From Balanoglossus misakiensis (lineage: Eukaryota > Animalia > Hemichordata): DNA of 64,000 nucleotides. The notes below the pieces were generated by a model, which saw only the letters and a list, made by a program, of their open reading frames with translations, searched no databases and was not told the origin of the DNA. Where the stretch lies: assembly GCA_040954595.2 (NCBI GenBank), contig CM082581.2:12969921-13033920 (forward strand). The letters run 5' to 3'. Positions 23,245 through 38,350 of the stretch are shown piece by piece (position 1 is the first letter of the stretch; the number at the start of each line of letters is the position of its first letter). Position numbers and translations under genes: made by a program.

Positions 23245-26200
23245 AATATGCAGTGGCCATCGTAGACCTTTGAATTAAAGAAAATTGGGCTATAATTTCT
23301 TTTAATGCTCTGTCGGGAATTGGTATTTCATTGAGTTAAAACGGAAACGGAAAAAATATAAACAAAACAGCTATGGCAATGATCAAAAGTCATAATCAAT
23401 TTCCCAGTAAGAAATGACGTGTCATTGTTGCTGTGAGCCATTATTGTTTCAATCTATGGATTGTCTGTACACACAACACATGGTCTATTTGTGTTCACAG
23501 GTTTATCCGGCCTGACGTAGACATACATTGTAGCGACATGATTGATTTTGTAACTTTTTGGGTCATGCTTTCAGAAGTAATCAACCAGTCGAATTTTGAT
23601 AAATGCCACTAGCAATTATTTAATCTGGTTGACAGCGACTATAATTCTTTCTTTTCATGATTTGCGATCTTTCATTAGTGTCGACCTTTTGTTGGTCACG
23701 TGACGTCACAGAGTTATGTGCACCACATCCGACAACCTCCTTCGCCTGCGCGATTTCTGTGACGAACAACCCCCTAGGTGGTTCATGAGTTCACTGTACT
23801 ATGCTAAGAAGACAAAACATATCTGCATCAATTATAGGATATCCATCCATGCAAACTGCCGCAAATAGATCTCGAGTTTGCTCCGCAAGACTCAACGAAG
23901 TCCCACAACTGCGTGCGTCCAAACTTTAGTGCATGCTTTGCCCATACTTCAAACATATCTAAATTTCGTGGTAGTTTCAATTGGTTAAACAAGTCATTTT
24001 TTGCTTCAGTTTGAAATAGCCCCATACGGCATACACCAAAACCATGCTGTTTGTTGAGCACCAGGCTCAGAAGTCACATGTTTTGATATAGGTCTCACAG
24101 ACCTTTCGGTCATGGTATTAGGTTCTTGAAAAAAATCTAAACATATTGTCTCTATAATCAGCATCATCATCACCATAGAATCCACATTCTGTTATCGCCT
24201 TGGCAACAGTATTTACAGTATATCTTTTTATCTTTTGAGATGAAATCATCGGCATCGACAAAATATGACCGTCTTACAGACAAATGGTGCATCTTTGTTG
24301 GGGTCAAGCCTGGACGTCAAAACAATTGAAGTTGCTATTGGTAACATTTGATGGATCTGTCGTCAAAGTAGCAAGCACGTCTAGCCCCAGATCACAAGCA
24401 TGCAGGCGGCTTTCAATCAATTGTAGTTTTATCATTATATGGCATCTCCATGGTAACTTGTGACACTTGTCTATTAAATAACACAATTGAAACCCCTTCG
24501 GCGAAATATTGCTGAAAATTGCCGAAAAACAGCCTGTTTTATAGTTAACTGTACATTGTAGGTCATCAAACTCTTCAGTGTATATTGAAAACTACAATAA
24601 GTGGCACATATAACGTATCCTCAGTTTCAAAATCAAGAATAATAGATATATCATACTGTGGATTTTGAAAGTGGTTGTCGCCACTATGCTTCACCATGTT
24701 CTCTTGATTTACATATTTCAATCAACCACATTTAACAATTGCTGAGATGTTTCAATGATTTCTATCTTACTTTGTGAAGTTTGAGTTTCTTGGTCTGTGG
24801 AAAATACTTTGTGGTTTTTGTTTGTTGATGTCCAACGTAAAAGCGAGTCGTGCGAATTGCAGGAATTATCTCGACACACTGTGATCGCAACTGTGCGGTC
24901 CCTTTATTGTGGAAATGCGTGTGACGATTTCATGCGGTTTCTCCGTGTTGACGGTTGAATCACACAATGAAACAATGGCTTGATGCAGCGACATGAATTC
25001 CATAACGCTCGGTGGTAATTTGTGGTTATATTCAAAGAACCGTTTCCAAAAGGAAGAAGTAAGAAGTCATGTCTTAAAAATATATTAAGTCACAATGAAT
25101 GTTATGGGGAGAGGGGAGAACATGCACTCAAAACGGACTGGGGATGAAGAGCATAAATCAACCCATTATTCAAGATTTTGGGGTCATTCATAATATATTA
25201 TTCCATTTTGCAAATATCCGTACTATTGCTCACACCCTTCTATGTTTTATTACAAAATTTGGACTCGATCGCCAGCCATATGGTAAATTGGGAGGAATAA
25301 AAGAAATAATTAGATTTCATTTATTTTGGCTCGGATTTTTTCCCGAAATGTCATATACATCAATTATGTACATGGCTTCCAGCTACAAGTGGAAATATCT
25401 TGCAATATTTATACCAAATTTCTCTAGCATCAGCTAATATGAGATTTCCCATATCTTTAATAACAAATTCTTAGATCAGTACCTGACATCCTGATACCAT
25501 AAATTTTAATTCTCTGCCACAATCAGTTACATAATCGCGCGCCAGAGTTAAACATTACAATCCGGTTATAACATAATATGCTCACGCAAATAAGGGATGA
25601 AACTGTGCTCAGACATATCTTCGCGTGCCAGTTCAGTTTTTCCCTGTCTGTGCATTGCATATCTGTGTTCCGTTGCTATGATAACGCGGCGGACACTCAA
25701 ACGTGTAGCTTTATAGGTTTTTTGTGGTCCCAGCGGTGTCCTGAAATGACGACACGCACAGAGGTCATCAAGTCCTTCAAATCGCCGGCATTATACCGTA
25801 CACCATGTGTTTTCGATTATCAGCGACGATTAGTCCGGAAACAAAGACAGCCGTCTGTCCATAGCTACGGGGTCGCTTTCTCTCAGTATAACAGCGCTGG
25901 GACCGTTTGTTCGATCATAGTACTAGTATTCGAATTACAATGAAAGTCGACATTAACGATATCCTAATGAATAGTAAGCACACAAATGAACAGAGAGTGT
26001 TCCTTTTTTCCCCGTCAATTTCAACCGAGCCAGGATGAGCGCCCAGGGAGTGAGGACAGCAGTGTATTTCATCAAAAATGCACAGAACGATACAGCGGTG
26101 ATTGTTTTATCTGCAAGCGAAGTCGGCAGATCTTTTTTTATCAACCGGAGATTTGAAGCATCGCCACAGTTGCGCAGGAAAATATAAAGTTCAGTTCGCA

Positions 26201-26630
26201 TGAATTACGACTTGCCTGCAGATCGATCAGAAATGACAAAGCCACGTACTAGCCTGAACTGTAATGTTTTTCGACCGGATGTGGTCAAGGTTAAAGATTA
26301 CATCCTAGCTCGACTTTTGAAGTATTCAATATTAATTAATTTTCAACATTGGCATCTGCGATATTCAGATTATCAGTTCTTTATCGTTATTCCAGTTCAG
26401 TGCTTATTGACTTGGGAAATTATAATGGCTTGGGAATCCGTCGGTAGTCTAAATATCATTATTCTTGTAGAAGGTATAACTCCAGGTAAACCAGGCCTGC
26501 TAGATCTTGCCCAGCTAGCTAATTTATATGGGAGCACATTCCCATGTAGCATATGACAAGCAACACAGGGCGTTAAACGGCATAAAAGTTAAAATGTTGG
26601 TTTAAACTCGGCAGTTATTCCAGTTTCATA

Positions 26631-26668
26631 TACAGCTTCACTTTTATTACAGCTTCACTTTTATTACA
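26631..26668. repeat. Tandem duplication, 2 x 17 bp
   Basis: tacagcttcacttttat twice, followed by taca. Confidence 0.9.
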
Positions 26669-28364
26669 TTAATGCTTGGATGTGGAAAGGTTTGAAATGC
26701 CAATTAAAGGGAAAGAGTTGATGTATATTTCAATATTATTTCTTTCAGTTGATTTCAATATGAGCAAAAATGGCTGACCTGGAAATGCCATGGACCCCGT
26801 ACAACTCAGCGGTAGTTATTTAATTTTGTAGGTTGAAACTTTGCTGGGAATGGTAAATGACAGGGTGTTTAAATATTCAATTATGAAAAGAAGTACGGAA
26901 TGTTATTGTAGGACGACAGGAGCAAAGGTGTTTTGATAATTTGAATGCCATTTTTGCAAATTTTACTTTCAAGTGCGAAATATATAATTTTTATGGGAAA
27001 TAGACTCTGGAACTATTAGTTTTGCAAACATTTATTTTCTTACCTAAACTGAGAAAAATACCTGTAACTTTTAAATAAACGCCTTTGCTATCCTGTCAGT
27101 CAGATAGGTACTGGGGAGAATTTTAAATATGCATACATTTGTCCTTTTCATTACGTTTTCCTGTGGTTGTCTATTTGTTTTCTCCTGATTTGGGGGTATA
27201 GAAAAGTAACGCAGTTGAACAGTCAGGGGTTATAGAGGTCATACCAATAATGATTACACATTTATTACTTTGGTCTTGGATTGGCTGCAATTTTATCTCC
27301 ATAGTAACAAAATTATAATAACTTAACCGTATAATGCCAGACTCAATGCAAATAAAAATTTATTGCAAGGCCAAAACAATTTTTGATTTACAAGGATTGT
27401 ATGAAACGAAGGATATAAAACGAGATCAGAATATAATTCCTTCGTTGACGGTCGTTTATTACCACTGCACTAGAGCTGAACGGGTCATCCGACCTCCGTT
27501 GTACATTACCAATATTAGACAGTTTCCATCAATAGGGAAATCTCGCACTTAACATCAGTGAAAAAATTGTACAATCGTAGAATGAGATCGGTCACATTCA
27601 TTTCACATTATTCCCTAAGCCTCTAGATATAAAGTGTTATTATGTTCGCTTGATATAGCCACAGTTAGTCCGGTGGGGTATATTTTGATATAATAAATGA
27701 AAACTGCAGATGTAATAAAGCAATCCCTTCGATGTCCCTTGAGTCGCTCTGTATTGCCTGATACTGATGCATTTCATTTATACATGATAAAAGAAAACAT
27801 TCATCTAAATATAATCCTGTAGGCAGAGCTATAGGGTTTGAGATAAGGATGGTTTAGATTTAAGCTGTTATGAATTTGTCCTCCCATGTCATTTGTTCTT
27901 TAACTTTACCAAAGGTGAGCCTTACAGTGCGACAAGACTACAACAATTTACGCAGTCAACTGAGGAGACATTTTTGTGCACTCGAAACCATCAGAACACA
28001 GACAGCCAAGATGTTTTAGCAGCTAAATAATGCAGGAAAACACACTTATGTAGTTGGCTAAAGTTGTCTGTGATTCTATTTGCATATTACGTGTGGCACG
28101 CCATGTTATTTCCATACTGCAGCACGAAAATGGAAGTGCACGCGACCTGGTTCCGTCACGTTTGGCTCACGTAAGATATATTGACAGAGAACTCCAAAGT
28201 ACGATTGCTCAATACCAGTAATTATAAGTGTACATGATATATTTCACTACACAGTCACCAATTTTCTTTCCTGAAATTGGCCGGCGTCAAAGAGTAATCT
28301 ATTTCATCACAATCCCTCTATAGAGAGACTGTGATTAACAGCAATACTGAAACATTTAACCAAG

Positions 28365-28750
28365 TTAAAGGTAGTACGCGCCACATCAAAGTCTTAACAT
28401 TTTTCTCATGGTTTGCCCAAGGAAACTTTAGCTGATTATTCTCTTTTAAGATTAAGGATTAAAATTAGGTTCATCATGCAACATTTTTGATGAGTTGGGC
28501 AAATATTCTCAAATTTGACATTCAAAATGGCCGCCAACCCAGCGTTAACCCTGTGGCGAAAAATTCAAAGTCTGTAGTGATTTGAATGACAACAAGACAG
28601 CGGACTCCGTTTTATCTCCTGTCTTCTAAAGATTCTTCACATTTTAATATAACAAAGAACGGATAGGTTGGAGTACTATCACTTTTTTAAAATTCTGTCT
28701 GCTGTACGTTGTCGGAGTCTGTTATTGGGCCGCGACGTGCCTGCTAACTT
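28365..28750 (+). mobile_element. Degenerate non-autonomous DNA transposon (TTAA-type, Kolobok-like termini), ~385 bp
   Basis: It begins TTAAAGGTAGTACGCGCC and ends ...ACGTGCCTGCTAACTT, an imperfect inverted match of about 10/14. It contains internal TTCAAAATGGCCGCC. The overall layout resembles an abundant interspersed repeat I recall from hemichordate assemblies (memory, not verified). Confidence 0.45.
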
Positions 28751-30489
28751 GTCCAATAAATGTCAATGCTAGCTGGTGGAGAATGCGAGACGTGGGATTT
28801 TTCCTCCAATGGTTTGTTAATCACAAGCGACATGTGTCATTAACGGAGAGAGCTTCGTGAAAAACGTGACACGGTCAGCACTCAGACACGAAACGCAACG
28901 CGCTCACCTTTTAGCGTCGCTGAACACCACGCGACATGATATCTCCATGCCAGCTGCGGCCTTGCCCTTATTGGAAAGTTAAAAGGACATTTCTCATGAC
29001 AGCAATGAGGATGAAGGAATTATATTGAAAGAATTTCAGTGAGATCTGAGTTAAAGTGCGATGCTGGTGTGTGAAATTTAAAAGGGTCTGCCACGACGAA
29101 TGTACCAAATTGTTAAATATCCAGTAATCAATCATTGCAATTCTTCCAGTGAAGAGAAAGAATGTCAAATACACCTGCGCTGCTTGTGCATTATAAGCTT
29201 CCACTTAAACTATTGTAACTTGTGCATAATAAATGTTCATGATGATTATTTTAGAAATAAACGCATTGGTGCTGTGCAGAAAAATAACATGTAGAGATAT
29301 TAGGCGCCATAGGGATAATATCTAAGCTAAATTGAAGATATTTTTATCCGGAAACAATTATCGTTTGCCTTTCTTGTTATAGTTGTTCTGTAAAAATTCT
29401 TAGTTTCACTGGTTTGGTAAACTGAACTATTTTCATTTGTAAAACCAACTTAGGCATTTCTGGTCTTGCATTTTAAAATTATTATAGATATGTTTATACT
29501 GTTATTTTTTAGCAGGTCACATTTAAATCCCAATATTTTACAACAGAAATTACCGCAGCTTGACGTTTGGACGTGAATGACGTTCAATTTTTTTGTTACA
29601 CAGATGTGATTGTGAGCCGTGATAAGATATAGATGCTTTCACATATAAGCTTACTTGCTTCGACAAAGCTGGATTTAACCTTTATAGTTCAGTAAATTGT
29701 ATGCAGTTGTCGTTCGGAGAAACGCACGCATTGCCTTCCTAAGGTGGGCACAATTAACTACAAATATAGCAAATGATCCAGTAATCACCAGCTGTTTGAA
29801 GTGTGTTGACGAGAAAGCACATATCTCATCATGGTTTGCAATCACTGACAACAACAGGGACTTGTGATAATGAAGTCTGGCAAGAATCAATTAATAACGC
29901 AATTTTTATCGTTTTCAATGAACTCTGTGTGACCAGAGATAGCCAAAAAATTGTCAAGTGTTTGCAACTTGAAAACAAACTCTGAAGTTAATCAAGGTAG
30001 AAATATCTCTGAACATACTGATTTTTTTCTCTTTGCTGCCAGCCAAGTTTTTCTATAATTGGCCATTTTCTTCCAAACTCTGAAAACAAATGCTCTTTTC
30101 ATGCGGCTTGCAAGGTAGGGCATCCAAGTACAATAATCCGTATTTATCAATACAAATCATGGAAATGTGTCGTTCTCACCTCCATATTACACTGGCCTTG
30201 TTTCGTTATTTCGTTGCTACGTCTAAGGGTAATCAATTATCTTTCTGACATTGCATATAGTAAGCTGAATTTGTTTATAGTAGTTGAAAAACACCCAAAA
30301 CACAATATGCTATCTTCAATGTGCCCAAATCATCAGAAAAGAAAAACAACGACTGCCATTAAAAGGTTCAAGAACGCATTGGTTCAAGATTACGGCAAGG
30401 ATGAAAATGTAATTTTCACTGAAGCGTCACAATCATCTGCAGGATGTATATTCTCATTCCGTCGTCGTGATCATGTACAATAGTGACTG

Positions 30490-30730
30490 GGAATTGCATT
30501 TGCCCAACGCTCCACTGGAAAAAGTGGAATGGTTTAGGTTGAATGGCGAACCAATCAACTACCATGACAATGGCCATGGGTGATTAGGCATTTAAGTCAA
30601 GATGAACACTTGCATTACAAATGTCATACACAGACAATTTGGCCATTGTTGTTCAATTGAGAAGACCCTAGCCGAAAGTCCTTTGGCTGGTGCCACCTGG
30701 CCTGATTTGGCAGCAGTTTCAAAACAACTT
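30490..30730 (+). mobile_element. Decayed RTE-type LINE ORF2 C-terminal remnant
   Basis: The translation LPN...W.R.NGEPI......G*LG(H)..KMNTCIT...KTLAESPLAGATWPDLAAVSK parallels the RTE 3' pattern WPN.ISNxELWxRTxQEPI...WxWIGHTLRKxxTCIT...AGxTWxxLxxxA. Stops and frameshifts are present. Confidence 0.42.
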
Positions 30731-33700
30731 TCCAACAAAATGATTTTCCTCCAATTTCCCAGAAAAACATTTGACCTATCCCACCTGACTACATGCACTA
30801 AAGACATCCCGAAACCATAAACAAGAGTTAAATATATACCAGCTTCTTGTGTTATGCAAATACATGTAGCTAAATTCACACAAACCAAAACATGGTACAT
30901 TTTCATTTCATGATCATAGCTTACGTTGAATTATAATCTATACACACATGGACTACCTTAGTTTAATTATCATCTTATTTAACAATCGTCTATATTCATT
31001 CTGTTGCACTGAATTTTCTGGTTCCATGTGAATCCCCCTCGCAATTCAACAATCGACTATCCCTTATTCAAATGTGATTGACAGTAACTGATGACATCAT
31101 GTTACTTCAAGTAAAGTGCATTACCGAAGTAGATTGCTGTCTATGATAACGTACGTAACAGAACTGCATTTGATGTAATGTTTTTGATGGGTTCGATGAC
31201 ATCAGATTAGGCCTAGATTATGACAATTACACCGGTCGATGGGCTTGCCGTTCTTGTCGAGCTACATCAAGATTTTTGGAGAGATTCGACCCCGTTGATT
31301 TTGATAGAGAAAACAACTCCATTATGAATCACAAGAAATATTCTTTTTTTTCTCGGATCGTCCTTTTTTTCAAACAAGGGGAGTATAGAGCCATACCCAA
31401 TGTGTTGGTTTTGCAAAATCCGCAAACATTAGAACTGGTGGTGATTGTAGTAAATTAGCAGATAGTGCATGACGACGGGCAATCTTGCGATGGCACCAAT
31501 CAAAAGCGATCCCCAAGGAATCCTTCATCAAGTCAGCAACACTCCATACCATCAAATGGACATGGTAGTTTGGCATTTTGTTTTCCGAATACACATGCAA
31601 TTGACCATATTGTATATCGCGTCTCACCATTAGCAGTCCTGTCAATAACCATCTCGCATTTCCTTGACTTAAACGTGTTCCCAAATGACCCGCACGTTTC
31701 GTTAAAATCGTTCACCCGCCGTCGCTGAAAGATCAAAGAATTGACTGCAGGGGAAGTTGTGAAAGTGCATATCGTTTACTGAAAAAATCTAATCGATTTT
31801 CAGACGCATACAGTGCACGTTGAGTGTCACTCAGGATGTCTGTTCACACCTGACTCTATTGTGTTTTGATCTTTGAAGTGCTAGATGGAATCATGGGACG
31901 CCTAGCCCTGCCGCCTATGATGCAATCAGGTTAGCGAAACGAATTTTCTCACAGAATTGATCAGGACTTGTGATAAACTCTTCACCGTTCATTTGGTCCC
32001 GAATACTGGTATAACTATTTGGATGAAAAAGTAAGTGTACTTTTTGCAGTTTCGAAGGCAACCTCTTCACGCTAAAAAGACAAGGAGAAATTGTTATTTA
32101 TAACTTTTGACGCCCTGTAAATATTCCTACCTAATATATTCAACCAAAGATCAGGATTACAGTGAACACATTTTTATTGCATTTCTGTTATGAGACATGA
32201 GTTCTGTACAGGCTTTGCAGGACCGGTGTAAACAACAGGATGCTAACGTGGCGGGGGATCAGGGAAACATACATTCGCGGAGTAATTCTTCAGTGTACAG
32301 TTTAGTTTATTAACATGAGGTCAGCCAAGCAGAAAAGAAGCCCAGCTCGATGGTGGATCATACACTTTGACAGCAGATATCAATTGCTAGCCTGTCAGTC
32401 CCACTTCCTTTCCTTCCGTTAACAACTGACCCACATTCGCGTTTTTCCTTTCTTAATCCCCTTTTCCTTTCTATTCCTCTTTTCTGAACCTAGTGGAAAA
32501 CGGTCTTTTGATGGCTATCGGAAAGGCTTTTATTTCTCGCTGGCCTTTGAATTCTGACGTATATGTCTCCACCGCCAGGGGATTGTGAGAAACGTTAGAG
32601 CTGGGCGGATATTGCCTGCACACTTTGTGTAATCAAGAGTTCTCATGCTAACATGTTTCCGCCGATCTGTGCGACTTAAAGACAATCGTTTCTTAATGTG
32701 ATATAATTGTAATCTTCCCCTGCAGTGACAATGTCAAAGTTTTCCATCACCACTCCACCGAGGATTGTATGGTATTACCCTACATTTCCTGTGTGGACAA
32801 GACAGTAAAACTATGATATATCGCTTTTTCTGTCCAAAACATCTGTTTCATTATAGTTCTATCATTGAATGTGATATTTCCCATGGCATATTCGTTTCCC
32901 TAAAGACCACATTGAATATTGGATACCATAGGATCTGCACATCATTATTCAGTTGAACAATGGCGTTTGATAATATACCGCACTACAGCTTCTTCTATCA
33001 ATCAAAACTAAGGGAATGAATGGAAATCAAGCATGCCTGTGATGCGGGCATTTTTCTTGGTGGAATTAATTGAATATGGGCATTCAAATTACCAAGGAAC
33101 TCTTAGCTATGGCGAAATAAACTAGTTTCATTCATGAATTTGTCTCTAATGGCCACATTTTTGTAATGCTGCATGGCAAAAGTGATGGCTTCTACTCTAC
33201 TATCTTCGATTCTCCACAACTCTACACCAATATCCACTCTCACCAGCCTATATGATGTATAAATTTCGCAGCTTATTTGTTATACAAGGTATGTATTTCT
33301 CATGGTGATTTTCCAGAGAAACATATTCAACTCTCTTGCAAACATATCTTATAGTTTAACAGTAAAACAGCACATTTAAAGCTGTATTTAAGCTAACCTT
33401 AAGAGTGAATTTGCTATTATTCTGTGGTTAAAAGGTATTTCGTTATATGTAACTCGCATCAGAGTTCGCTGTGAGGAACGAAGAACAGATAAACGACAAA
33501 TCCAATTTACTGAAGCATCATGGAATCTGTGCAGAGATTACATATATATTAAGAAATTGTCCCTGCCTACTTTGTATAGGACGGATTGCCCTAGGTGTCT
33601 CATTCGGAGGCTATGAGAAGTTTCTGTTAAAATGCCACCATCAGTATTCTCGCTTTCCTTATAGATAAGAAAATAATAACATTACACATGACAAGGAAAA

Positions 33701-34055
33701 ATGTCGGAAGGGGACACTGCTTTATATCCATGGAGACAATTCAGCAGCAAGTAAGGAGATCCAGGCCACAGTTAATATTGCCACCCAGTTTTGTGTTTCA
33801 TGGCCCCATATATCAAAAGATGTTACAGGCCGTTTATCTGTAACGAGTTTGAACCCCAATGTCACTTTTTCTTTCAACATTTTATATCGAACGCTTACAG
33901 ATTTCCGCCACCGTGTTGTGAATTTTAACTATCGCTCAAGGGTATTCCAGCACGCCGTTATGTTATATTTGCCTAAAATTTATACTTTTTATACGGTGAA
34001 TTATACATGCTTGCATTTTGTGCTGCAGGCTTGGAAGTTTTTGTGGTTATGCCCG

Positions 34056-34102
34056 CATGGTAGTCGAGTCAGAAAACATGGTAGTCGAGTCAGAAAACAT
34101 GG
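34056..34102. repeat. Tandem duplication, 2 x 21 bp
   Basis: catggtagtcgagtcagaaaa twice, followed by catgg. Confidence 0.92.
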
Positions 34103-37100
34103 CTTCATATGGTTTCAGGGGTAGACAAAGTTCCTTTATGTCAGCAGTACATAAAATCCTTTTACTCATATTTTTTACTGCAAACCACATGGAATAAAAA
34201 TCATAAATGCTTTGGCGTTAAAATCTGCTTAACCAGGAAACTAGACGACAATTGGCGTGCAGTATATGCACATAAAACTTTAATGTCCACGTTTTCAGGA
34301 TAGTTTTATGTTTCACCAGAAGGGACATACGTTATTATATTTGTTTATGCAGAAGGCTGAGTTACATTCTTCATCTTTCGTGCCAGACTCCCAATACCAC
34401 TGAAGGTCCGACTGCAATTTGCATTTTGACCTTGAGGAAGGTGTATTCTGCGTATGTACCACCTGGTGCGTGACGCTTTTGATTTGTATTCGACGTTGGA
34501 AACAATGCGGCCAAATAATGTCTTGCCAAATGACCCAAATAAATATTCATGAAAGAAGACAGCTGAAAGAATTGGCAGCAATGCGTAAGATAACATAACA
34601 TTACATTATATTGCATTACATAGTTTGTAAAACCTGTCATTTATCTTTCCCAGGTTTTCCCCTGGATACGACCTTGTGCAACAAGGAAGCAGGCTAGTTA
34701 ATACTGACATGGCGAGTATTTCCTGATTGTTTTTCACAACTGCAACTCCCACTAGAGAATTCACAAAATCCAATTCATGTTCACTGTTGTGTGTTTGTTT
34801 CCAATGACTCTGCCCACCCCTGGCAATAAGGGAAAAAATCAAGCTGTGTTGAGCAGTACCGTCTGGACACAATGACGCCTCATATTATGGAAATGTCTGG
34901 TCAGACAATGTCGTTAAAGCATTGTTTTACTTTTCGGATCATCGTCCCGGCAACAGGGCATTCCCTGGAGTGAATCCTGCACTGCAGGTCGCAGTTGCCG
35001 AGTCGGTGTCACACTAACTCCGTCCATACATCTCAGTGCTGCCACAGATGGATGTCTTGTGACTGACGGTTTTTGTCTGCTGCGCTATCCGTATGTGTCT
35101 GATGATGAGACTACTCGCTAACTGCAAGGCCGGATGGGTGCAGTGTCCCAGAACGCTAGGTTCAATAACCCTTGATCCTAGACTTTTAAAGACACTATTA
35201 GAGACAAATCAAATTTCAAGTGACGCACATCAATAATGTTGCTAATTAAAATGGGAGCACCTTCGCCTGTGCAAGTAATATACACCCATTAGATAAAAAA
35301 AATACATCATAACTCATGTCATATACTGTCATTTCTTTCTCTGTACATGTGAATGCTTGTACAAGTTGTCCAGTGGTCCAGTGATCATTACTACATACTA
35401 GATTGAAGTGTTTATTATCTCATCAATAGACTAACATACGACAAAGGACATTCGGAGCATGGTTTGCTCTCTCTTTCCGAAACGCCTATCAATTCAGTTG
35501 TAAAGTCTGAGTTCTTCGTATCTTACTTTGCACACTTGAATACAGTAAAATTTCTTTAATTTGAAACTGATGCAAATACTGGAGCGTGTAATAAAGGTGG
35601 CTTTATGTTTACTGTGTTATCTCTTTTCCTCATTGTTCCACGTTTTCAAACCATGCGGTCGAAACATCATCCTCCGTGATTCTCCTAGCAAATAAACGCT
35701 CCACCGATCATGGCTTGTTATTTGCATGTGGTTCCCAACAAAGAACCGACAACAACAATCCCCTCCAACTATATAAATATGAATTATTCATACACCAATG
35801 GAGAGAAAAATCATCGCTTGCGGCGGTTTTTGCCTTGTGCATTGGAACAAAAATAGAATTTGCATTTCGTTTGCCGCTTTGATGATGGCTCCACTGAGAA
35901 AGGACTCTGTAGCCATGGTCATGCAACTACACAGATTGGTATGCGCGGCAGAAGGATCCTACAATTCGCAAGGTGACCTTGCAAACTTACGTGATGTCTG
36001 TTTCGATACACAGCTGGGAGACAAGGTGACGTGTGCATTAATGTGGTTAATTAAAAAAGAGGATTCAAAACTGAAATTCTTGATTGCTTGTTCCATTGTC
36101 CGAAGCTCACTATGACATGGGTAGTCTTGCAAGCCCTTACACAGTTCCGAAGTCAATGTGCTCGGGGTCCTTAATTACCATGTTCGAAAAAACGCAGTCA
36201 AGGACATCACTATTGACCTCGATCAGCAGTTCATCCAGCTCCAGGTGCCACATTGATGACAGATTAATAAAATTGCTCCCGTTTTCGCAGATGCCGTTGG
36301 GCCTCGGTACATCATTATACAGCGCTGTATTTTGTATGCATGTACGTATCCATACATGTAAAACTGTCTGTCTCTTTCTGTCAATCCACCTCTGCATTCA
36401 TCTGGTTGTCAAGATTTTCCGCATTATGTTTCTGGACACAGCATTTCATGGTTATATAGTAAATGAATTGAGACTAGAATTAATATCTTACTGAGATTTA
36501 TAACCTGCTTTTATCGGATTTTGTTATATGGAATTCAGTCATCGACTTCTACATTAAAGTCAAGAAGGAATATCATGCACCCACGCTTAACTGAAATTCA
36601 TCTCACAAACCATCGACGAGAACGAGATATTAGCTGGCGATACAAGTGATATATTTGTATTTGACACAACGAGTAGCAAGCAGAACAGCTATGTCATTCG
36701 AGACCACTCAAATTGCTTCTGCCACAGGCATTTAGATATAGCATTGAAGAAAGATACAATGGTTTCCACCTGCCTGTGGTGGTGCAATTTAAGGCGATAT
36801 TTCTTATTATCAAGTAATGATTTTTCGAAACAGCCTGGAAAATACCTGCGGTAAATCAGTGTGTCGTATTGACCTTGATAAGTAGGCGTTATGACGCTGT
36901 ATAAATGAAGTGCTATCATTCACACGGCGCATGATCTGCAAAACAGCAATTTGGGAATTTTCTTATTTCATGCAATCGCAAACTTCTTACAAGCTTATCG
37001 GTCTGTGGGGCGGTTGAATGCATAGTTTCACCTTTTCATCAACTCTTTCATGAAGGAGGAGATCCAGCTTTACTCCCACGTGATTTCGCACAACCTTTGC

Positions 37101-38350
37101 CGTTGTTACATTTAAATGTTTTCATAGGTGTATGGGTCAGTCGGAGCAGGATTATATTCTGAGTGACTTAAGCAATGCAACTTTCTGCAACTGTTAAAAC
37201 CAAGGCTACTCCTAAGAACGACTAGCCATGTTAAAACGTATTGTTTAGTTAATAAAGTGTTTGTTTACTTTTTAATTTAAACAAAAGTGTTCTACAATAA
37301 TGTAAATGATGTACTCAACATATTTACTCTTGAAGACTTTTGTCACAAATACAGAAATGACGCATCTACATTACGTAAGTATTATTATCATTTTGTGCAG
37401 CTGGTCCGTAACATTGCGTCGACAGCGAAAGCACTCTGCGGAATTTATTCGAAGGACGTCTCAAGTCGTGAAATTCAGTAGAAATGTCCGGCGGGTGTTA
37501 GGAAGTAGTTCCACAGTAAGAGTTGGCGTAAATCCGAGAAACTATCATTAAACATGTACACACTCTGAGTCCTTAAATATTCAGTAGGCGATTTGGCGCG
37601 CCGCTTTTTACTGCCATTCATTTTTCTCCAGTGCATTAGAACATACGAGTGCTCTTGGCAACTAATTACGTGCGCAAAGCACCAGTAGGATGCATTGCAT
37701 AATTTACTTACTGGGCGCTATCTGTCGTCTGTAACGAGAAGCTATGAATTTAATGGGTGTTGTGAACGTTCGGCCTTGTCATGTTTCTCAGTCATTGGAA
37801 TAAATGTACTGATCTGAATTACAGATGTGGCTTAAAAAAAACCCAAGCCGTTTTCATCACCACCCTGGATCAAATTGTGTGTTTCCCTTTGAACAAGCCA
37901 ACAATAAGAACTGAATGCGCGGTATAATGTTCGTACTTTGTCACGAATATTGCAGTTTATCACTGCAAATTTTAAATTGTAAAGACAGCAATATTTTTGA
38001 AATTGTCTGCCTTACCATTATTCAACAACATTCGTTGCCCCGTTGAGGAAAAAACACTAGATCTAATCGTCCTCTGGTAATTATATTATTTATCATTGAT
38101 AGTTGTCGCTTGACTGGAGATCAATAACAGAAAATTGCATCTGTGTATCAGATCATATATGTGATACTTTTTGCGCGCATGACATTACCACTGCCTTAAT
38201 TACTTGTCCTCGATTTGATCTGCGAATGGTGTCAAGATCTAGATCATAGCAAACTAGAGGCTTGGGAATGCAATATACCGGTACATGGTTTTAAGTGGCA
38301 TTTTTCCCAATCGTCAAAAATTGCGCATAGATGTCATTATAAATTTAAAT

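Noticed and set aside
26470-27245. Possible element with GGTAT...ATACC ends
   Set aside because: The inverted match is too weak and there is no target duplication.
15325-34102. Direct repeats considered as a CRISPR-like array
   Set aside because: They are simple two-copy tandem duplications (113, 17 and 21 bp) with no spacers and no cas genes, in a eukaryotic context.
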